Source: a virus
Lineage: Duplodnaviria > Caudoviricetes
DNA: 64,000 nucleotides
Direction: 5' to 3' (one strand)
Virus record (IMG/VR): IMGVR_UViG_2574179762_000001
Span: 43,762 to 107,761 of that record
A program made the position numbers and the translations under genes. A model generated the notes under the pieces. It did not search any database. It saw nothing but the letters and a program-made list of their open reading frames with translations, and was not told the DNA's origin. This document shows, piece after piece, positions 35,919 to 45,837 of this stretch (within the stretch, counting starts at the first letter, position 1; each line of letters opens with the position of its first letter).

Positions 35919-37445
35919 TCAAGCTGGAGGCACAGGCTCTAGTGGCGCATCGGCGGCAGCAGGCGCACCTCCTTTAGTGTTGGCGAAATCTGAGGCCAGC
36001 ACCAGCCCCTTGTCGGCAGCTTCCTTCCTGAACTTCGTGATGTTTTCCAGCACGTCGTACGGATTGACGCCGCGCTTGCGCATGACCTCGACCTCGGATG
36101 CGAAGCCGCATTGCACCAGCAGCTGCCAGGCGAGCGCTTCCTTCATGGGGTCGATCCATGGCATGGCCTGGCCGACGAACATTGCATCGTCAGCCAGATC
36201 TGACGCCACATCCTTCGGCCGCGGCACAACTCCGGACAGGTCGGCGATCGCGACGAAAGCCTCCCATACTGGCTGAACGAACATGCCAGTGAACTCGTCG
36301 GTCAGCACGGCATAGTTGACCCACTGCTCCACCAACTCCTGCCGCTGAGACGAATAGGTGCCGTCGTAGTCGCGGCTGATGCTCGAGTAGCTGGCGCCGA
36401 TGCCGGCTGATGCCGCGCGAAGTTGGCCCTGCCGAAAGGTGAGGACGTTGGGATTGGGGCGCTTGGTGTCTACCAGACCAATTTCCTCGCCCACCTGCAG
36501 GCCGTCGATGATCGTGCCGGGATCGAACCCGATCTCGCGGGGGATGGGGTTGCCCTGATCATCCCGCTGGACGTTCTCCGGGTTGAATCCATCCGGCGAC
36601 AGCTTCTTGATGTAGGCGGTCAACCGTGCGGCCAGCTTGGCGGCTACCCGTTCGCTCTCCTCGTAGTCCTTGATATCCTCGATCCGGGTGATGACGCTCG
36701 CGAATTCAGAGACGCCACGCAGCTGGCCAATGCGGTCGATAGCCGCCACCTGGAGCATGTTTTCGGCGGGGATACGCTTGACGTCGGAGGCGCGCGCGAG
36801 GAAGGTGCTATCGCCCGGAAACGCCTTATACACGTAGTAGCCGGTACGACGCCCCCAAGCGTTGCGCTGGATACCCTGGCGGATGTTGGCCGCCGGGTCC
36901 TCATAATCCATCGGAACCATGTCCGGCTCGAACAACTCGAGCGAGAACGGCACCTGGCTGCCATGCTGGAGGTACGGCACTGTGCCGCGCAGCAGCTGAG
37001 AGAACGCCTCCCCGTCGCGAAACCACGTCTTCGCGACTAACCGCTGGACCTTAGCCCAGTGGTGTTCCTGAGTGACCTCGGGCAGCTTCTGCCAGTCACG
37101 CCAGGCAGCGCGCAAGTCAGCGGCATACTGCTCGTGGATGGTGCCATCCGGACGGCGTGGCTGGGGCTCGACCCCGATTCCACCCGGCCCGACGACGTTG
37201 TTCACCAGCGTGCGCAGCATTCCGCGCGAGATGTCGTGATTCCGCTCTAGATGGCGCGCCTGCGCACGCAGCCAAACTGCACCCTGCCGCACCAGCTGGT
37301 CTGGCGATGCCTGATTGCGATGGAACTTGCGCAGCCGGCTTGGCTGTGCGGCTTCATAGCTCGCCCGGAGAGCCGCTCGATCAAATAGACGGCGTCGCCC
37401 GGCAGTCGGATCGAAATACGCAACGAGCTGGTCGATCAGGTTCAT
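35919..37445 (-). CDS. Lambda-family portal protein
   Basis: LRAQARHLERNHD, NVVG..GI, RDGEAF, GQLRGVS, YSSQRQELVE, PWIDPMKE. Confidence 0.93.
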   Translation of the reverse strand: MNLIDQLVAYFDPTAGRRRLFDRAALRASYEAAQPSRLRKFHRNQASPDQLVRQGAVWLRAQARHLERNHDISRGMLRTLVNNVVGPGGIGVEPQPRRPDGTIHEQYAADLRAAWRDWQKLPEVTQEHHWAKVQRLVAKTWFRDGEAFSQLLRGTVPYLQHGSQVPFSLELFEPDMVPMDYEDPAANIRQGIQRNAWGRRTGYYVYKAFPGDSTFLARASDVKRIPAENMLQVAAIDRIGQLRGVSEFASVITRIEDIKDYEESERVAAKLAARLTAYIKKLSPDGFNPENVQRDDQGNPIPREIGFDPGTIIDGLQVGEEIGLVDTKRPNPNVLTFRQGQLRAASAGIGASYSSISRDYDGTYSSQRQELVEQWVNYAVLTDEFTGMFVQPVWEAFVAIADLSGVVPRPKDVASDLADDAMFVGQAMPWIDPMKEALAWQLLVQCGFASEVEVMRKRGVNPYDVLENITKFRKEAADKGLVLASDFANTKGGAPAAADAPLEPVPPA

Positions 37446-37447
37446 GG

Positions 37448-37675
37448 TCAGCGATCCAGTCTGGCGTTCAGGAAACGGATGCCGCCGGAACCCGGCACGC
37501 CGGCGGCCTGGGCCTGCTCGTTGGCCACACGAGCCTCCCATTCCTGCCTCCCCTTCCGGATCTCGGAAAGGTCCTCCATGCGCAGCACACGGTCGCCCAG
37601 CCGGGCTTCCTTGCCTTCGAGAATGGCCTGCTCGGCGGCCAAGTACTTCGCGAGCATGTCAGTGGCGGTCGTCAT
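37448..37675 (-). CDS. gpW-like head completion protein
   Basis: YLAAEQAILEGK...DL.EIRKGR.EWE; directly upstream of portal. Confidence 0.75.
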   Translation of the reverse strand: MTTATDMLAKYLAAEQAILEGKEARLGDRVLRMEDLSEIRKGRQEWEARVANEQAQAAGVPGSGGIRFLNARLDR

Positions 37676-37682
37676 GGCGTCC

Positions 37683-37729
37683 AATCTATGGGAAAGTGAG
37701 TCCGGTTTTTAGGGGAAAAAGCGGAATAT
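37683..37729 (-). promoter_or_regulatory. Putative activator-dependent late promoter (palindrome plus -10 TAGATT)
   Basis: TCCGGTTTTTAGGGGAAAAAGCGGAATAT; -10 lies 7 nt before the ATG at 37675. Confidence 0.7.
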
Positions 37730-37745
37730 CTGCACTCGTCGGGGA

Positions 37746-38054
37746 TTAGGTCCGGTTGATCACCTCGTAGAAGGTGGTTTTGCTGATCCCGAATTGACGG
37801 CAAACCTCATCGCGATTCCGGCCATTGAAGGCGGCGCGGATGGCCTCATCCCGTTCGCGCCGGTCTGGCGCCGGGATATAGACCTCCTGCCCACCCAGAA
37901 GCCGGCGCAGCCCGCGTTCGAGCCCCTCAATGATCGGCCTGGCAAGGTGCTCGAGCGGCGTGATCTCTTCCCGCACGATTGTCGTCAGTGCTCCGGTGAG
38001 GTCGATCGCGGCGTCAGATTGCGAGGCGTCTTCGTTCTTGAGGGGGTCGGTCAT
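37746..38054 (-). CDS. Mor/C-family transcription activator
   Basis: LGGQEVYIP....RDEAI...FNGRN..EVC.QFGISKTTFY. Confidence 0.85.
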   Translation of the reverse strand: MTDPLKNEDASQSDAAIDLTGALTTIVREEITPLEHLARPIIEGLERGLRRLLGGQEVYIPAPDRRERDEAIRAAFNGRNRDEVCRQFGISKTTFYEVINRT

Positions 38055-40051
38055 AGGCGGCTGCTCCAGTCGTCTGAGGCAATGGCAGTTCTTCTGGCAG
38101 GTGGTCGAGGTGCTGCCGGCGCGGCCGCCACGGAAGGCGTCGCGGTGCGCGCCGACGAGCCAGCTGGCTGGGACCGTAGGCGCTGTTCCAGCTGATCCCA
38201 GTATTTCGCCGCCTTACGGGCCAGATCGAAGTGGGTCTCCAGCCAGACGGCGTACACGGTGCAGTCCCAAGCCTCGACCCGCTTCCGGGTCGCCGTCCAT
38301 TTGGATTCCTCGCCCCTGGCCGTCATCTTCGTGGTGCGCTGCTCGCCGGCCATCTGGCGAAAGAACTCGTCCGAGAGTTCGTGCGAGAAGTGCATGTAGC
38401 CCGGGCCAGGCCGGGGAATGTGGAGGCGGTTGTAGATCAGGTCCTTGGCGTGGTTCGTGCCAACGTGCCAGAGCTGCACGCCGTTGCGCTTCACGCGGCC
38501 GCGCCAGTCGATGTCCACTTTTGCCACGCCGTCCTTGATGTGCTTCTCCCGGCCAGGACGACCGGCGACGGCAAACACCTTGCGGCGGGCATATTTGGCT
38601 GCGTAGGCATAGACCGCATGCGTATTGTGACCGCGAGAGTCGATGGCAGCGCCTTCTATGTAGAGCGTGGCGCCAGACTCGTGGGTGAACGGGGTGTCGA
38701 ACAGGTACTCTGTCAGGTCATCCCAGACCTTGTCCTGCGCCGGATTCCCGAAGAACACCTGGTGATCAACCACCCATTTCTCGCACCCGCGGCCATAGGC
38801 CCACACCACCACCTCCAGCCGGTTATCCTGCGTATCCACGCCTGCGAGCAACTGCAGACCTCCGAGCGGCACCCACCGCAGTGCATAGGGCTCGGCGCGC
38901 TGCTTGATCTCGTCGACGTCGGTGCGCTCGACTTCCTGCTCCCATGCCTCGCCGCGGGTGGTGTTGACGAACGCCTTCAGCTTCGACATGTCGCCTGTCT
39001 GGGCCTTCTCGTTCGCTGCCAGGAACTCGCGCACGATATCTGACCAGGCCACGGCCGGACTATAGGCGGTCCAGACCCCGAGAAATGCGACGTGACGGGG
39101 CGGCCGTACCACCTTGCCCTTCGCATTGCGAAACACACCATCGTGGCTGATGGTGGTGCCGTCATCCGACTGGTACCGACCCTGCTCCCAGACGCGCAAG
39201 TAGTCGGCCTGCTGAATCAGCGCGCCACAGTGAGGGCACAGGTGGCGCACGGTCTCCGGGTCGTCGTTTGTCCACTTGAACCCGTGCGCTTCTTCCTTCC
39301 CGCCCCAGGTGATCGGGTGGAAGGTGTCACATTCCGGGCAGGCGATGTGGTACCGGAACCGTTTCTCGGCAAGCTCCACCCGGCGCTCGATCAGCGACAG
39401 GCCCTTGAGCTTGGGGGTAGAGCCGCACACCAGCTTTGGGAAGGTAGCGCCCTCGGTACGCTTGGCTGCCAGCGTGACCGGGTCGCCCTCCTTCTCGACA
39501 TCGCTGTCGAACGCGTCGAGCTCGTCGAGATACGCCACGTCCACCGAGATCCGGCGGTAGTTCTTTGCCGCCTTCCCGCCGCGCAGGTGGAGCATGGAGC
39601 CGAGAAATTTCTTGGCCTGCAGCGTGTTGTCCTTGTGCCTGGCGAGGAAGGCCGGGAAGATTTCGCGCATCACCGCCACATCGCGCAGCATCGGCTCCAG
39701 CTCGGTCTTGACGAACTCGTCGCGGTCATCGTCGGCCGGCTGCCAGAGCGCCTGGTTCCGGCGCCGGTGATGGGCGAAGTAGCCCACCGCGGCGAGGATC
39801 ATCTTCGTGTAGCCCACCCGGGCCGACTTCTGCAGGTCGACCTCACGGATGGCGTCATTGCCAATGCACGCGAGGATGGCGCGCTGGAACGGCCACGCGC
39901 TCCATGCCTGCTCGACATAGGAGGATTCGGCCGACAGGTAGAAGTGCGCGGCCGCCCATTCCTCGAGCGTCATCGGCTCCGGCGTGCCGAACCCTGCCAG
40001 GCCTCGGCCGAGGTGGTGCGCAATGATGGGGCGATACTGAGGCGCCAGCAT
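38051..40051 (-). CDS. Terminase large subunit (lambda GpA family)
   Basis: KSARVGYTKM, LDELD, GSTPK, GVDTQDNRLE, IDSRGH, EAWDC.VYA. Confidence 0.95.
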   Translation of the reverse strand: MLAPQYRPIIAHHLGRGLAGFGTPEPMTLEEWAAAHFYLSAESSYVEQAWSAWPFQRAILACIGNDAIREVDLQKSARVGYTKMILAAVGYFAHHRRRNQALWQPADDDRDEFVKTELEPMLRDVAVMREIFPAFLARHKDNTLQAKKFLGSMLHLRGGKAAKNYRRISVDVAYLDELDAFDSDVEKEGDPVTLAAKRTEGATFPKLVCGSTPKLKGLSLIERRVELAEKRFRYHIACPECDTFHPITWGGKEEAHGFKWTNDDPETVRHLCPHCGALIQQADYLRVWEQGRYQSDDGTTISHDGVFRNAKGKVVRPPRHVAFLGVWTAYSPAVAWSDIVREFLAANEKAQTGDMSKLKAFVNTTRGEAWEQEVERTDVDEIKQRAEPYALRWVPLGGLQLLAGVDTQDNRLEVVVWAYGRGCEKWVVDHQVFFGNPAQDKVWDDLTEYLFDTPFTHESGATLYIEGAAIDSRGHNTHAVYAYAAKYARRKVFAVAGRPGREKHIKDGVAKVDIDWRGRVKRNGVQLWHVGTNHAKDLIYNRLHIPRPGPGYMHFSHELSDEFFRQMAGEQRTTKMTARGEESKWTATRKRVEAWDCTVYAVWLETHFDLARKAAKYWDQLEQRLRSQPAGSSARTATPSVAAAPAAPRPPARRTAIASDDWSSRL

Positions 40052-40548
40052 CAGGCGGGCTCCTCTTCGTCGGGCGCTTCGATGCCCAGATCATCCAGCG
40101 TCACGGCAGCGGCAATATTTCGCGCCTTGGCCACCTCCCGGGTGATCAGCTCCACATCGTCGGCGGACAGACTCGGCAGCCGCCGCTTGAGCATGCCGGG
40201 TATTGCTTCAAGGATCCCGGACACACGCGCGCCAGCCTGCGACAGAACCTGCTCGATGAGATGAACCGGAGCCAGCTCGCGCCGGGTGACCTCGTTCTGC
40301 AAGGCAATGCGGTCAGCCTGTTCTTTCGCCAGGCGCGCACGCTCCGCAATCAGGTCCAGACCTTCCTCTTCCGAAGCGCGACCGGCGGCAGTCTCGCGGA
40401 GGTGCCCGCAATAGGCGAGCAGCATCTGGCGACCGGTCATGCCAGCTACCAGGATCCCGCGCGCAACGAGGCTACTGACCGCTGGCTGGCTAATGCCGAC
40501 CAGGCCAGCGAACTCTGCTTGCCTCATCTTCGCGTCGAGATTTATCAC
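40051..40548 (-). CDS. Terminase small subunit (Nu1-like)
   Basis: QAEFAGLVGISQPAVS, HLRE.AAGR, ERARLAKEQAD. Confidence 0.9.
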   Translation of the reverse strand: MINLDAKMRQAEFAGLVGISQPAVSSLVARGILVAGMTGRQMLLAYCGHLRETAAGRASEEEGLDLIAERARLAKEQADRIALQNEVTRRELAPVHLIEQVLSQAGARVSGILEAIPGMLKRRLPSLSADDVELITREVAKARNIAAAVTLDDLGIEAPDEEEPA

Positions 40549-40549
40549 A

Positions 40550-40640
40550 TAACCCCCCTATGGCCGCGTCGTGACTAGAGAGCGCGCGAGGCTCGAATTA
40601 CCCTTACAGCACTCCTCTTGGGAGTACCTTTCGTCACTTT
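40550..40640 (-). other. Putative cos packaging region
   Basis: Intergenic, directly upstream of the Nu1-like gene; AAAGGTACTCCC...GGGTAATTCGAGCC on the minus strand; exact cut site unknown. Confidence 0.45.
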
Positions 40641-40735
40641 TCGACGTTTGCACCAAGCCTGTGCGTCCGCCGGGCGATCGCTGGGCGTCTGCGTGACGGA
40701 TATGTCACCTTTCGACGAGAATGGACGGGGCGCTG

Positions 40736-41551
40736 TCATCGAAAGGCCCTCGAGTACTTGGCCAGCGCACGCGTCATCTCACCCTCGAACGCGGTACGTG
40801 CGATCTGGTCGGCCACCTCGAAGAAGCGGAAGCGCGGCTGGTAGCCTGGCGCACGCACGAACACGAGCACCGGCACAATGTCGCTGCCGTGAATGCCACG
40901 CTTGGCATAGACCCCAGACGGCAGGGTCTGCATGCGCCCATGCATCCAGCTGCGCGCGCCTATTCGGTGCCCGCGCCGCGCCACGAAGTAGGCCACGCCG
41001 TTGATAGTCTTGAACCCGTTCGCACTGCGCCCTACCCGCTCACGTCGCTTGCGGCTCTTGTCTGTGGCATTGGCGCGATACCCCTGTTCGCCGAAGGCTC
41101 GGAGGTAACTCAGGATCTGGACGATCTGGGCGCGGCTCATGTTGCCGTAGGCGTCTAGCTTGGCCCCGGCCGCAGGGATTGCGTACTCATCTGGCAGCAT
41201 GGCGCCGATGCGCTGCAGCGCCTTCTCGAAACGCTTCCAGCCCCGGCCTCCGCCTGAGACCTCGGGCGCCAGGTACTTCACAGCAGGCGTCCCCTTGCTG
41301 GTGTCCGCCTTGAGACCCACTACTGCCTCTGGCTTGGCCGGCGTGGCCGGCTGCAGGTACACGCTGTTGATGGTGTATCGGGTGGGCCTGTCAAAGGCGC
41401 GCTGGATCTCAACGCGCTCTGCATCGCGAATCAGTCGCCCGGTCTGCGTCAACGCGACGACGCTGGCGAACGGCAGATCGCGGTTCATCAGCCGGTCGAT
41501 GTCACGTATGACAGCGCCTGCATTACCACTGATGCTCAGCTTGTCGGCCAT
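40736..41551 (-). CDS. gpZ-like basic neck/tail completion protein
   Basis: PFA..ALT.T...FDRPTRYTINS...Y.PRF.F. Confidence 0.65.
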   Translation of the reverse strand: MADKLSISGNAGAVIRDIDRLMNRDLPFASVVALTQTGRLIRDAERVEIQRAFDRPTRYTINSVYLQPATPAKPEAVVGLKADTSKGTPAVKYLAPEVSGGGRGWKRFEKALQRIGAMLPDEYAIPAAGAKLDAYGNMSRAQIVQILSYLRAFGEQGYRANATDKSRKRRERVGRSANGFKTINGVAYFVARRGHRIGARSWMHGRMQTLPSGVYAKRGIHGSDIVPVLVFVRAPGYQPRFRFFEVADQIARTAFEGEMTRALAKYSRAFR

Positions 41552-41822
41552 CCGTCAGCCCACCCGCGGCATAGGCCGCACGTCGAGCCAGACACAGACC
41601 ATGATGCCGATGACCACAGAGACCAGAATCCATACGTACATCGTCATCACCTCGAAAAGAAAAAGCCCGCCGAGTCGCCTCGGACAGGCAAAGCCCACAT
41701 CGTGGGAGGAGACACAGGTTGCGGCGCGCGTGCACGCGCCCCAGAAGCGGCGTGGCAGAGCGAAAGATTCCCCGGTGCTTTCACTTTGTTCCCCGTTGCA
41801 AAACCGTCAATGCCAGCCAGCG

Positions 41823-42122
41823 TCAGCCTCCGTTGAGCTGCGCCAGCGTTGCGTCGAGCAGATCCAGTTCCGTCATCTTGAGGATCCGCAGGTATGTCTT
41901 GTCTCCATGCACCCCGTTCTTGCCCTGGTGGCAATCCAAGTGGCAAAGCGGGATGACTAGGTGATTTCCGGCCCGCTGCGCTCCACCCTGACCCGTGCGA
42001 ATGTGGTGCGCGTCGGTGGATGATTCCTGCCGCCGGTCCAGCAGCGTGCAGCAGATGCAAGCCATCTTCTTAATCCGGCCCATGTAGGCAAGTTCCGCCT
42101 TGGTCGGTGCCTTTTTGCTCAT
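41823..42122 (-). CDS. Ref/DUF968-family nuclease
   Basis: CICC, AHHIR.GQG, IPLC...HQG..GVHG. Confidence 0.8.
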   Translation of the reverse strand: MSKKAPTKAELAYMGRIKKMACICCTLLDRRQESSTDAHHIRTGQGGAQRAGNHLVIPLCHLDCHQGKNGVHGDKTYLRILKMTELDLLDATLAQLNGG

Positions 42123-42556
42123 GCAGCCTCCCCTGGGAACAAGCCGGTCTGCTGCGCGTGCAGCGGCTCCACGACGATCTCGGCGCGGGGATTGGCGCGG
42201 TCTATGGAATGGAATACGTGCTTCTCCCGGACTTGCCGGTCATTGACGTAGACGCCGCGCTGGACCAGCAGCCGCTTGTCCCCCTTCCCCGAGTACCGTG
42301 CCTGCATCACGTCAAGCAGCACGGATTCGTCCAGGTCGGGCCGCTCGCTGGCGTAGAACAGGTGCAGCGTCACCCGCACCGGTCCCTCCAGCATCTGGCG
42401 CGCGGCTGGCGGAATCTGGCGCAGGGCATCGCGCTCGAACTTCCGAGCTTTATCCGACTTGATGCTGGCGGGCCGGTGCCTGATCGTGACGATCTTGCGG
42501 CTGTTGGCCTTGCTGGCAGCTTCGCCGATGATGGTGAAGGCAATTCGGGTCGTCAT
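42119..42556 (-). CDS. RusA-family Holliday junction resolvase
   Basis: ASKANSR, RPDLDES..LD, NDRQV, D..NPR.EI. Confidence 0.85.
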   Translation of the reverse strand: MTTRIAFTIIGEAASKANSRKIVTIRHRPASIKSDKARKFERDALRQIPPAARQMLEGPVRVTLHLFYASERPDLDESVLLDVMQARYSGKGDKRLLVQRGVYVNDRQVREKHVFHSIDRANPRAEIVVEPLHAQQTGLFPGEAA

Positions 42557-42813
42557 GCCCCATGCCTCCGGCGCGCAGCGAACCACCCACAACGGGCGCT
42601 CGTTTCGTCCATCCACTGGCACGGCGCGACATCGGTCGGCCAAGTTGGCGTGCGAAACCAGGTCTCAAATGCTTGCCAAGCTTCGGCTCGGCGCGCGGCC
42701 TCCCAAGCAATGGTCGCCTCGCACTTTCGCGCTTCGAGCCTTCGGATGCCATCGTCATCGCCGCAGTGGTTCAGGCAGTCGCAAACCCGCAGGGAGATCG
42801 ATTGGCCCGTCAT
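42553..42813 (-). CDS. Hypothetical Cys-rich protein
   Basis: Overlapping start/stop codons in the operon. Confidence 0.5.
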   Translation of the reverse strand: MTGQSISLRVCDCLNHCGDDDGIRRLEARKCEATIAWEAARRAEAWQAFETWFRTPTWPTDVAPCQWMDETSARCGWFAARRRHGA

Positions 42814-43253
42814 GCGCCCCCTTCAGGTGCGCTCATGGCGGCGCGGGCCTTGTTGCACTCCGCAATGGCTTCATGGTTCACGCCATCGGCCGAGGGCTTC
42901 GGCTCGGACAGCTCGATCCTGGCCACGGCGTAGCGCTTGCCCTTGGCGAGACCGAGAGCATTGAACAGGTACATGGCCTTGTCTGCGCCGGCCCGTTCGC
43001 TATGCGGCCCATCAACCGGGCGACCGGTGCCGTATTGATCCACCTCTGCCAGCCACCACTGCGCATCGACCACCTTCCCGACGGTGGGCTGGGCGCGCTT
43101 GTTCCAGGCGTCGATAGCCTGGCCCCCAGTGCGACGGGGTGACCCTTCAGCGCCGCAGCTGTAGCACCAGGCAACATAGAGGGGACCATCAATTGCTTTC
43201 GTCCCGGTGTCCTGTCTGCCGCAGAACGGGCAAGGCAGCAGTTTGTCAGTCAT
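42810..43253 (-). CDS. Lar-like (restriction alleviation) Zn-finger protein
   Basis: LLPCPFCG...C.SCGA.G...AI.AWN.R. Confidence 0.75.
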   Translation of the reverse strand: MTDKLLPCPFCGRQDTGTKAIDGPLYVAWCYSCGAEGSPRRTGGQAIDAWNKRAQPTVGKVVDAQWWLAEVDQYGTGRPVDGPHSERAGADKAMYLFNALGLAKGKRYAVARIELSEPKPSADGVNHEAIAECNKARAAMSAPEGGA

Positions 43254-43536
43254 GGCTCTTAGCTCCCTCGGTTGGTGCAATGTCGTAATACACCAAGTAG
43301 TCGGGCCACTCTTCCGCAAGCGATTCGGCGTGGCCCTCATCGTCGTCCTCTACTACCACTGCGACGCACGTGGGGTAGAAGTCCGGGTTACGCCCTTCAG
43401 CTGCTATCTCTGCCTTGCGCCGCGCCGTCTCGACGGTCCAAAACCGGTTGTATGCCGCAGCCACACGCTCAGCCTCTTCTCGGGAGGGGGCCGCAACCAT
43501 GTCGTCAATCCCTTGGATATGAAGCCAGATCGGCAT
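43246..43536 (-). CDS. Hypothetical phage protein
   Basis: HIQGIDDMVAAPS..EA. Confidence 0.6.
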   Translation of the reverse strand: MPIWLHIQGIDDMVAAPSREEAERVAAAYNRFWTVETARRKAEIAAEGRNPDFYPTCVAVVVEDDDEGHAESLAEEWPDYLVYYDIAPTEGAKSHD

Positions 43537-43552
43537 GTCAGTTGTCCTTGAG

Positions 43553-44269
43553 TCAGTCGCAGCTGCTGGAGCTACCGCTGTCCGACGAGGAGTAGCTGTC
43601 CGAGGACGAGCTGGATCCGCTATCCCAGTTGCCCGAGGCGCCGCCCCCATCGAAGGAACCGCCGCCGCTAACCGGGGCATCCCAGCGCGAGCAGCTGGCC
43701 GGCGCGGGGGAATCGTCACGGGAAGCCAGCAGCATCGCCGCCGGCAGCAGCATGGACATACCGTCATCGGCATTGCTCGAGCTGCTCGCCGTCGGCGACG
43801 CCCCGGCGGCCGTCACTTGCCCGGCCGCGGGGCGCTGCTCGGAGCGGGTCGAATTGCCAGCAATCCCTTTCTGGGCTCGAGATTGGGGTGCTGCTCGCGA
43901 GGCTGCGGCGGCCTTTAGTCGATCGCGCTCGAACTTGATTTCGCTTCGCTCGAATCGCACTGATTCGATGATGCTGTCGAGAACTTCACGGTACTCGCTC
44001 TCCGGAACGTCGGTGAAATCGTATTGCCTGGTGCTCGCCGACCAGATCTCATTGCCGATACGTGGGTACTGCCCAGGCATGTACGGCTTTGGAAGCTCCA
44101 AATCCCACACGTACACGATTTCACCGATGCGCGTTGTGTCTTTCCATCCGTCGCCATTGATCTTGCCAACGCCTTTCAGGATTCGTGGCATGCGCGTTGG
44201 CGGCAACGTACCGGAGCTCGGCTGCGCGTTGCCGAACAGGCGCGCGAAAAGCTTGCGAATCGCTTTCAT
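43553..44269 (-). CDS. Hypothetical protein with a Gly/Ser-rich tail
   Basis: GGGSFDGGGASGNWDSGSSSS. Confidence 0.65.
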   Translation of the reverse strand: MKAIRKLFARLFGNAQPSSGTLPPTRMPRILKGVGKINGDGWKDTTRIGEIVYVWDLELPKPYMPGQYPRIGNEIWSASTRQYDFTDVPESEYREVLDSIIESVRFERSEIKFERDRLKAAAASRAAPQSRAQKGIAGNSTRSEQRPAAGQVTAAGASPTASSSSNADDGMSMLLPAAMLLASRDDSPAPASCSRWDAPVSGGGSFDGGGASGNWDSGSSSSSDSYSSSDSGSSSSCD

Positions 44270-45042
44270 TTGACCTCCTTGCTGGCGCGCTGATCATTGG
44301 TCGCCTCAGCGGCGGCGAGCATGGCCCGGTAATCGTCAATGGCGGCGTCCAAGTCACCGCCCCAAAGAGTCCCGTCCAATTCGTGCTGCACCGTAAATGG
44401 CGGGTCATGCTCCATGCCTCGGCAGCGGCGCAGGAACTGATACCGCTCGCTGCTCTTCTCCACCTCCGCCCGCGAGGATGATGCGCGGGAGAGGATGGCG
44501 CGAATTTCCGCCTTGCATTCCTCTGCACGCTCCATTGCGCTGCCATCATCGAATCGGCCGCCGACAACAGCCCATGTGCTGGCGAACTCCTGAATCTTGG
44601 TCATGACGGCGTCAACGTCCAGCCCCTGCGCCACGGGAACGGCAGGCGCGGCGGCTCGAAATTCCATGGTGCCAGGCGGCATGCTGCCGTCCACCACCAC
44701 GTCGAACCCGAACAACTTTTGCGGCGCCTCGCCTTGCGGTTGCTGCGCCAGGGCGGCACTGGCGGCCTGGGCCTTGAACAGCGCGCGCGAAAGCCAGCGG
44801 ATGCGGTCTTTCACCGCCGTCATCCATACGATCGGCATGAATGCCTTGCCCGCGAGCAGATCGTCCAGGCTCGGCCGGTGGTCGTAATTCATGAAGGCGC
44901 CGTTCGCCAGCTCGTCGTCGGTCAGATTGCCCAGCGTCAGCGCCGCGCGCTCGCGGTCGTAGTAGTCGCCGTGCGGATCGTCCTCGCCATTCACGCGCCA
45001 GGTTGCGGCCGGCGTGCTGGCCGCTTTGTTCTGTTCGCTCAT
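44266..45042 (-). CDS. Mosaic hypothetical phage protein
   Basis: LTLGNLTDDELANGAF...KDRIRWLSR; ERYQFLR...DLDAAID. Confidence 0.7.
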   Translation of the reverse strand: MSEQNKAASTPAATWRVNGEDDPHGDYYDRERAALTLGNLTDDELANGAFMNYDHRPSLDDLLAGKAFMPIVWMTAVKDRIRWLSRALFKAQAASAALAQQPQGEAPQKLFGFDVVVDGSMPPGTMEFRAAAPAVPVAQGLDVDAVMTKIQEFASTWAVVGGRFDDGSAMERAEECKAEIRAILSRASSSRAEVEKSSERYQFLRRCRGMEHDPPFTVQHELDGTLWGGDLDAAIDDYRAMLAAAEATNDQRASKEVK

Positions 45043-45317
45043 GCCGTCACCTCGTCGAGCTGCTCGTCATGCACGGGCACGCCGCTGATCGGACGCAGGT
45101 CGGCGTCGTAGCAGTCGCCCTTGGTGTCAAAGGAGGACTCCCACGGCCGGTCTAGCTCCTGCACGCGGATCGGACCACCTTCGACCTTGCAATGCCAGGC
45201 CGGGCCGTCGTCGAGCCAGAGCGCCGGCGCAACCACACGCACCACGCGGCCAATGTTCTCGGGGTAGCTGTCGCGCACGATGTAGGCGACATCTCCAACT
45301 TTGCAACGAGGTTTCAT
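45039..45317 (-). CDS. SH3-like phage protein
   Basis: CKVGDVAYIV...ENIGRVV.V...DADLRPI. Confidence 0.7.
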   Translation of the reverse strand: MKPRCKVGDVAYIVRDSYPENIGRVVRVVAPALWLDDGPAWHCKVEGGPIRVQELDRPWESSFDTKGDCYDADLRPISGVPVHDEQLDEVTA

Positions 45318-45496
45318 GCTGCCCTCCGCAACTTCTTGGCCTTCCGCTCCCGCTTTGCCTCTGCGGCGGCGATGGCGTCACGGTCTGCCTGGGTGAGTCG
45401 GCCCGGCTTGCTGGTCTGGGGTTTCGGCTTGTGCACGGCGGCGGCGCCGAGGGGCAGAGCCAGCAGCGCACCAATGGCGTTGAGAATGAGCTTCAT
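45314..45496 (-). CDS. Small hypothetical protein
   Basis: IAAAEAKRERKA; overlapping codons. Confidence 0.6.
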   Translation of the reverse strand: MKLILNAIGALLALPLGAAAVHKPKPQTSKPGRLTQADRDAIAAAEAKRERKAKKLRRAA

Positions 45497-45837
45497 GCGG
45501 GTACCTGGTCGAAACGGAGGTGGCGGCGGGCGGGCAGGTCGATCTCTGCGAGGCGAATGCCGAAGTAGGCGAGCAGCTGCGCCACGGGTGCGGTGATGTC
45601 CCGCGATTGGGGCTGCGGCTGGGCGGGCTCCCGCTCGGCGTTCTGCGGCAGCGCGTCCGGATCCACCAGCACCCAGATGCCGCGCGCCTGCTGAGCAATC
45701 GCCCCCGCCTGCTCGAGCAGCGACAGGTTCTTGTGCACCAGCTGGCGCGACACGGAGAGCTTCTCGGCGAAGCGGGCTGCGATCACCTCCTCGCCGCGGC
45801 GGAAGGCTTCGATCAGTTGATGACGTGCGGTCGTCAT
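45493..45837 (-). CDS. Winged-helix protein (paralog of 45834-46205)
   Basis: RGEEVIAARFAEKLSVSRQLVHKNL..LEQAG. Confidence 0.65.
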   Translation of the reverse strand: MTTARHQLIEAFRRGEEVIAARFAEKLSVSRQLVHKNLSLLEQAGAIAQQARGIWVLVDPDALPQNAEREPAQPQPQSRDITAPVAQLLAYFGIRLAEIDLPARRHLRFDQVPA

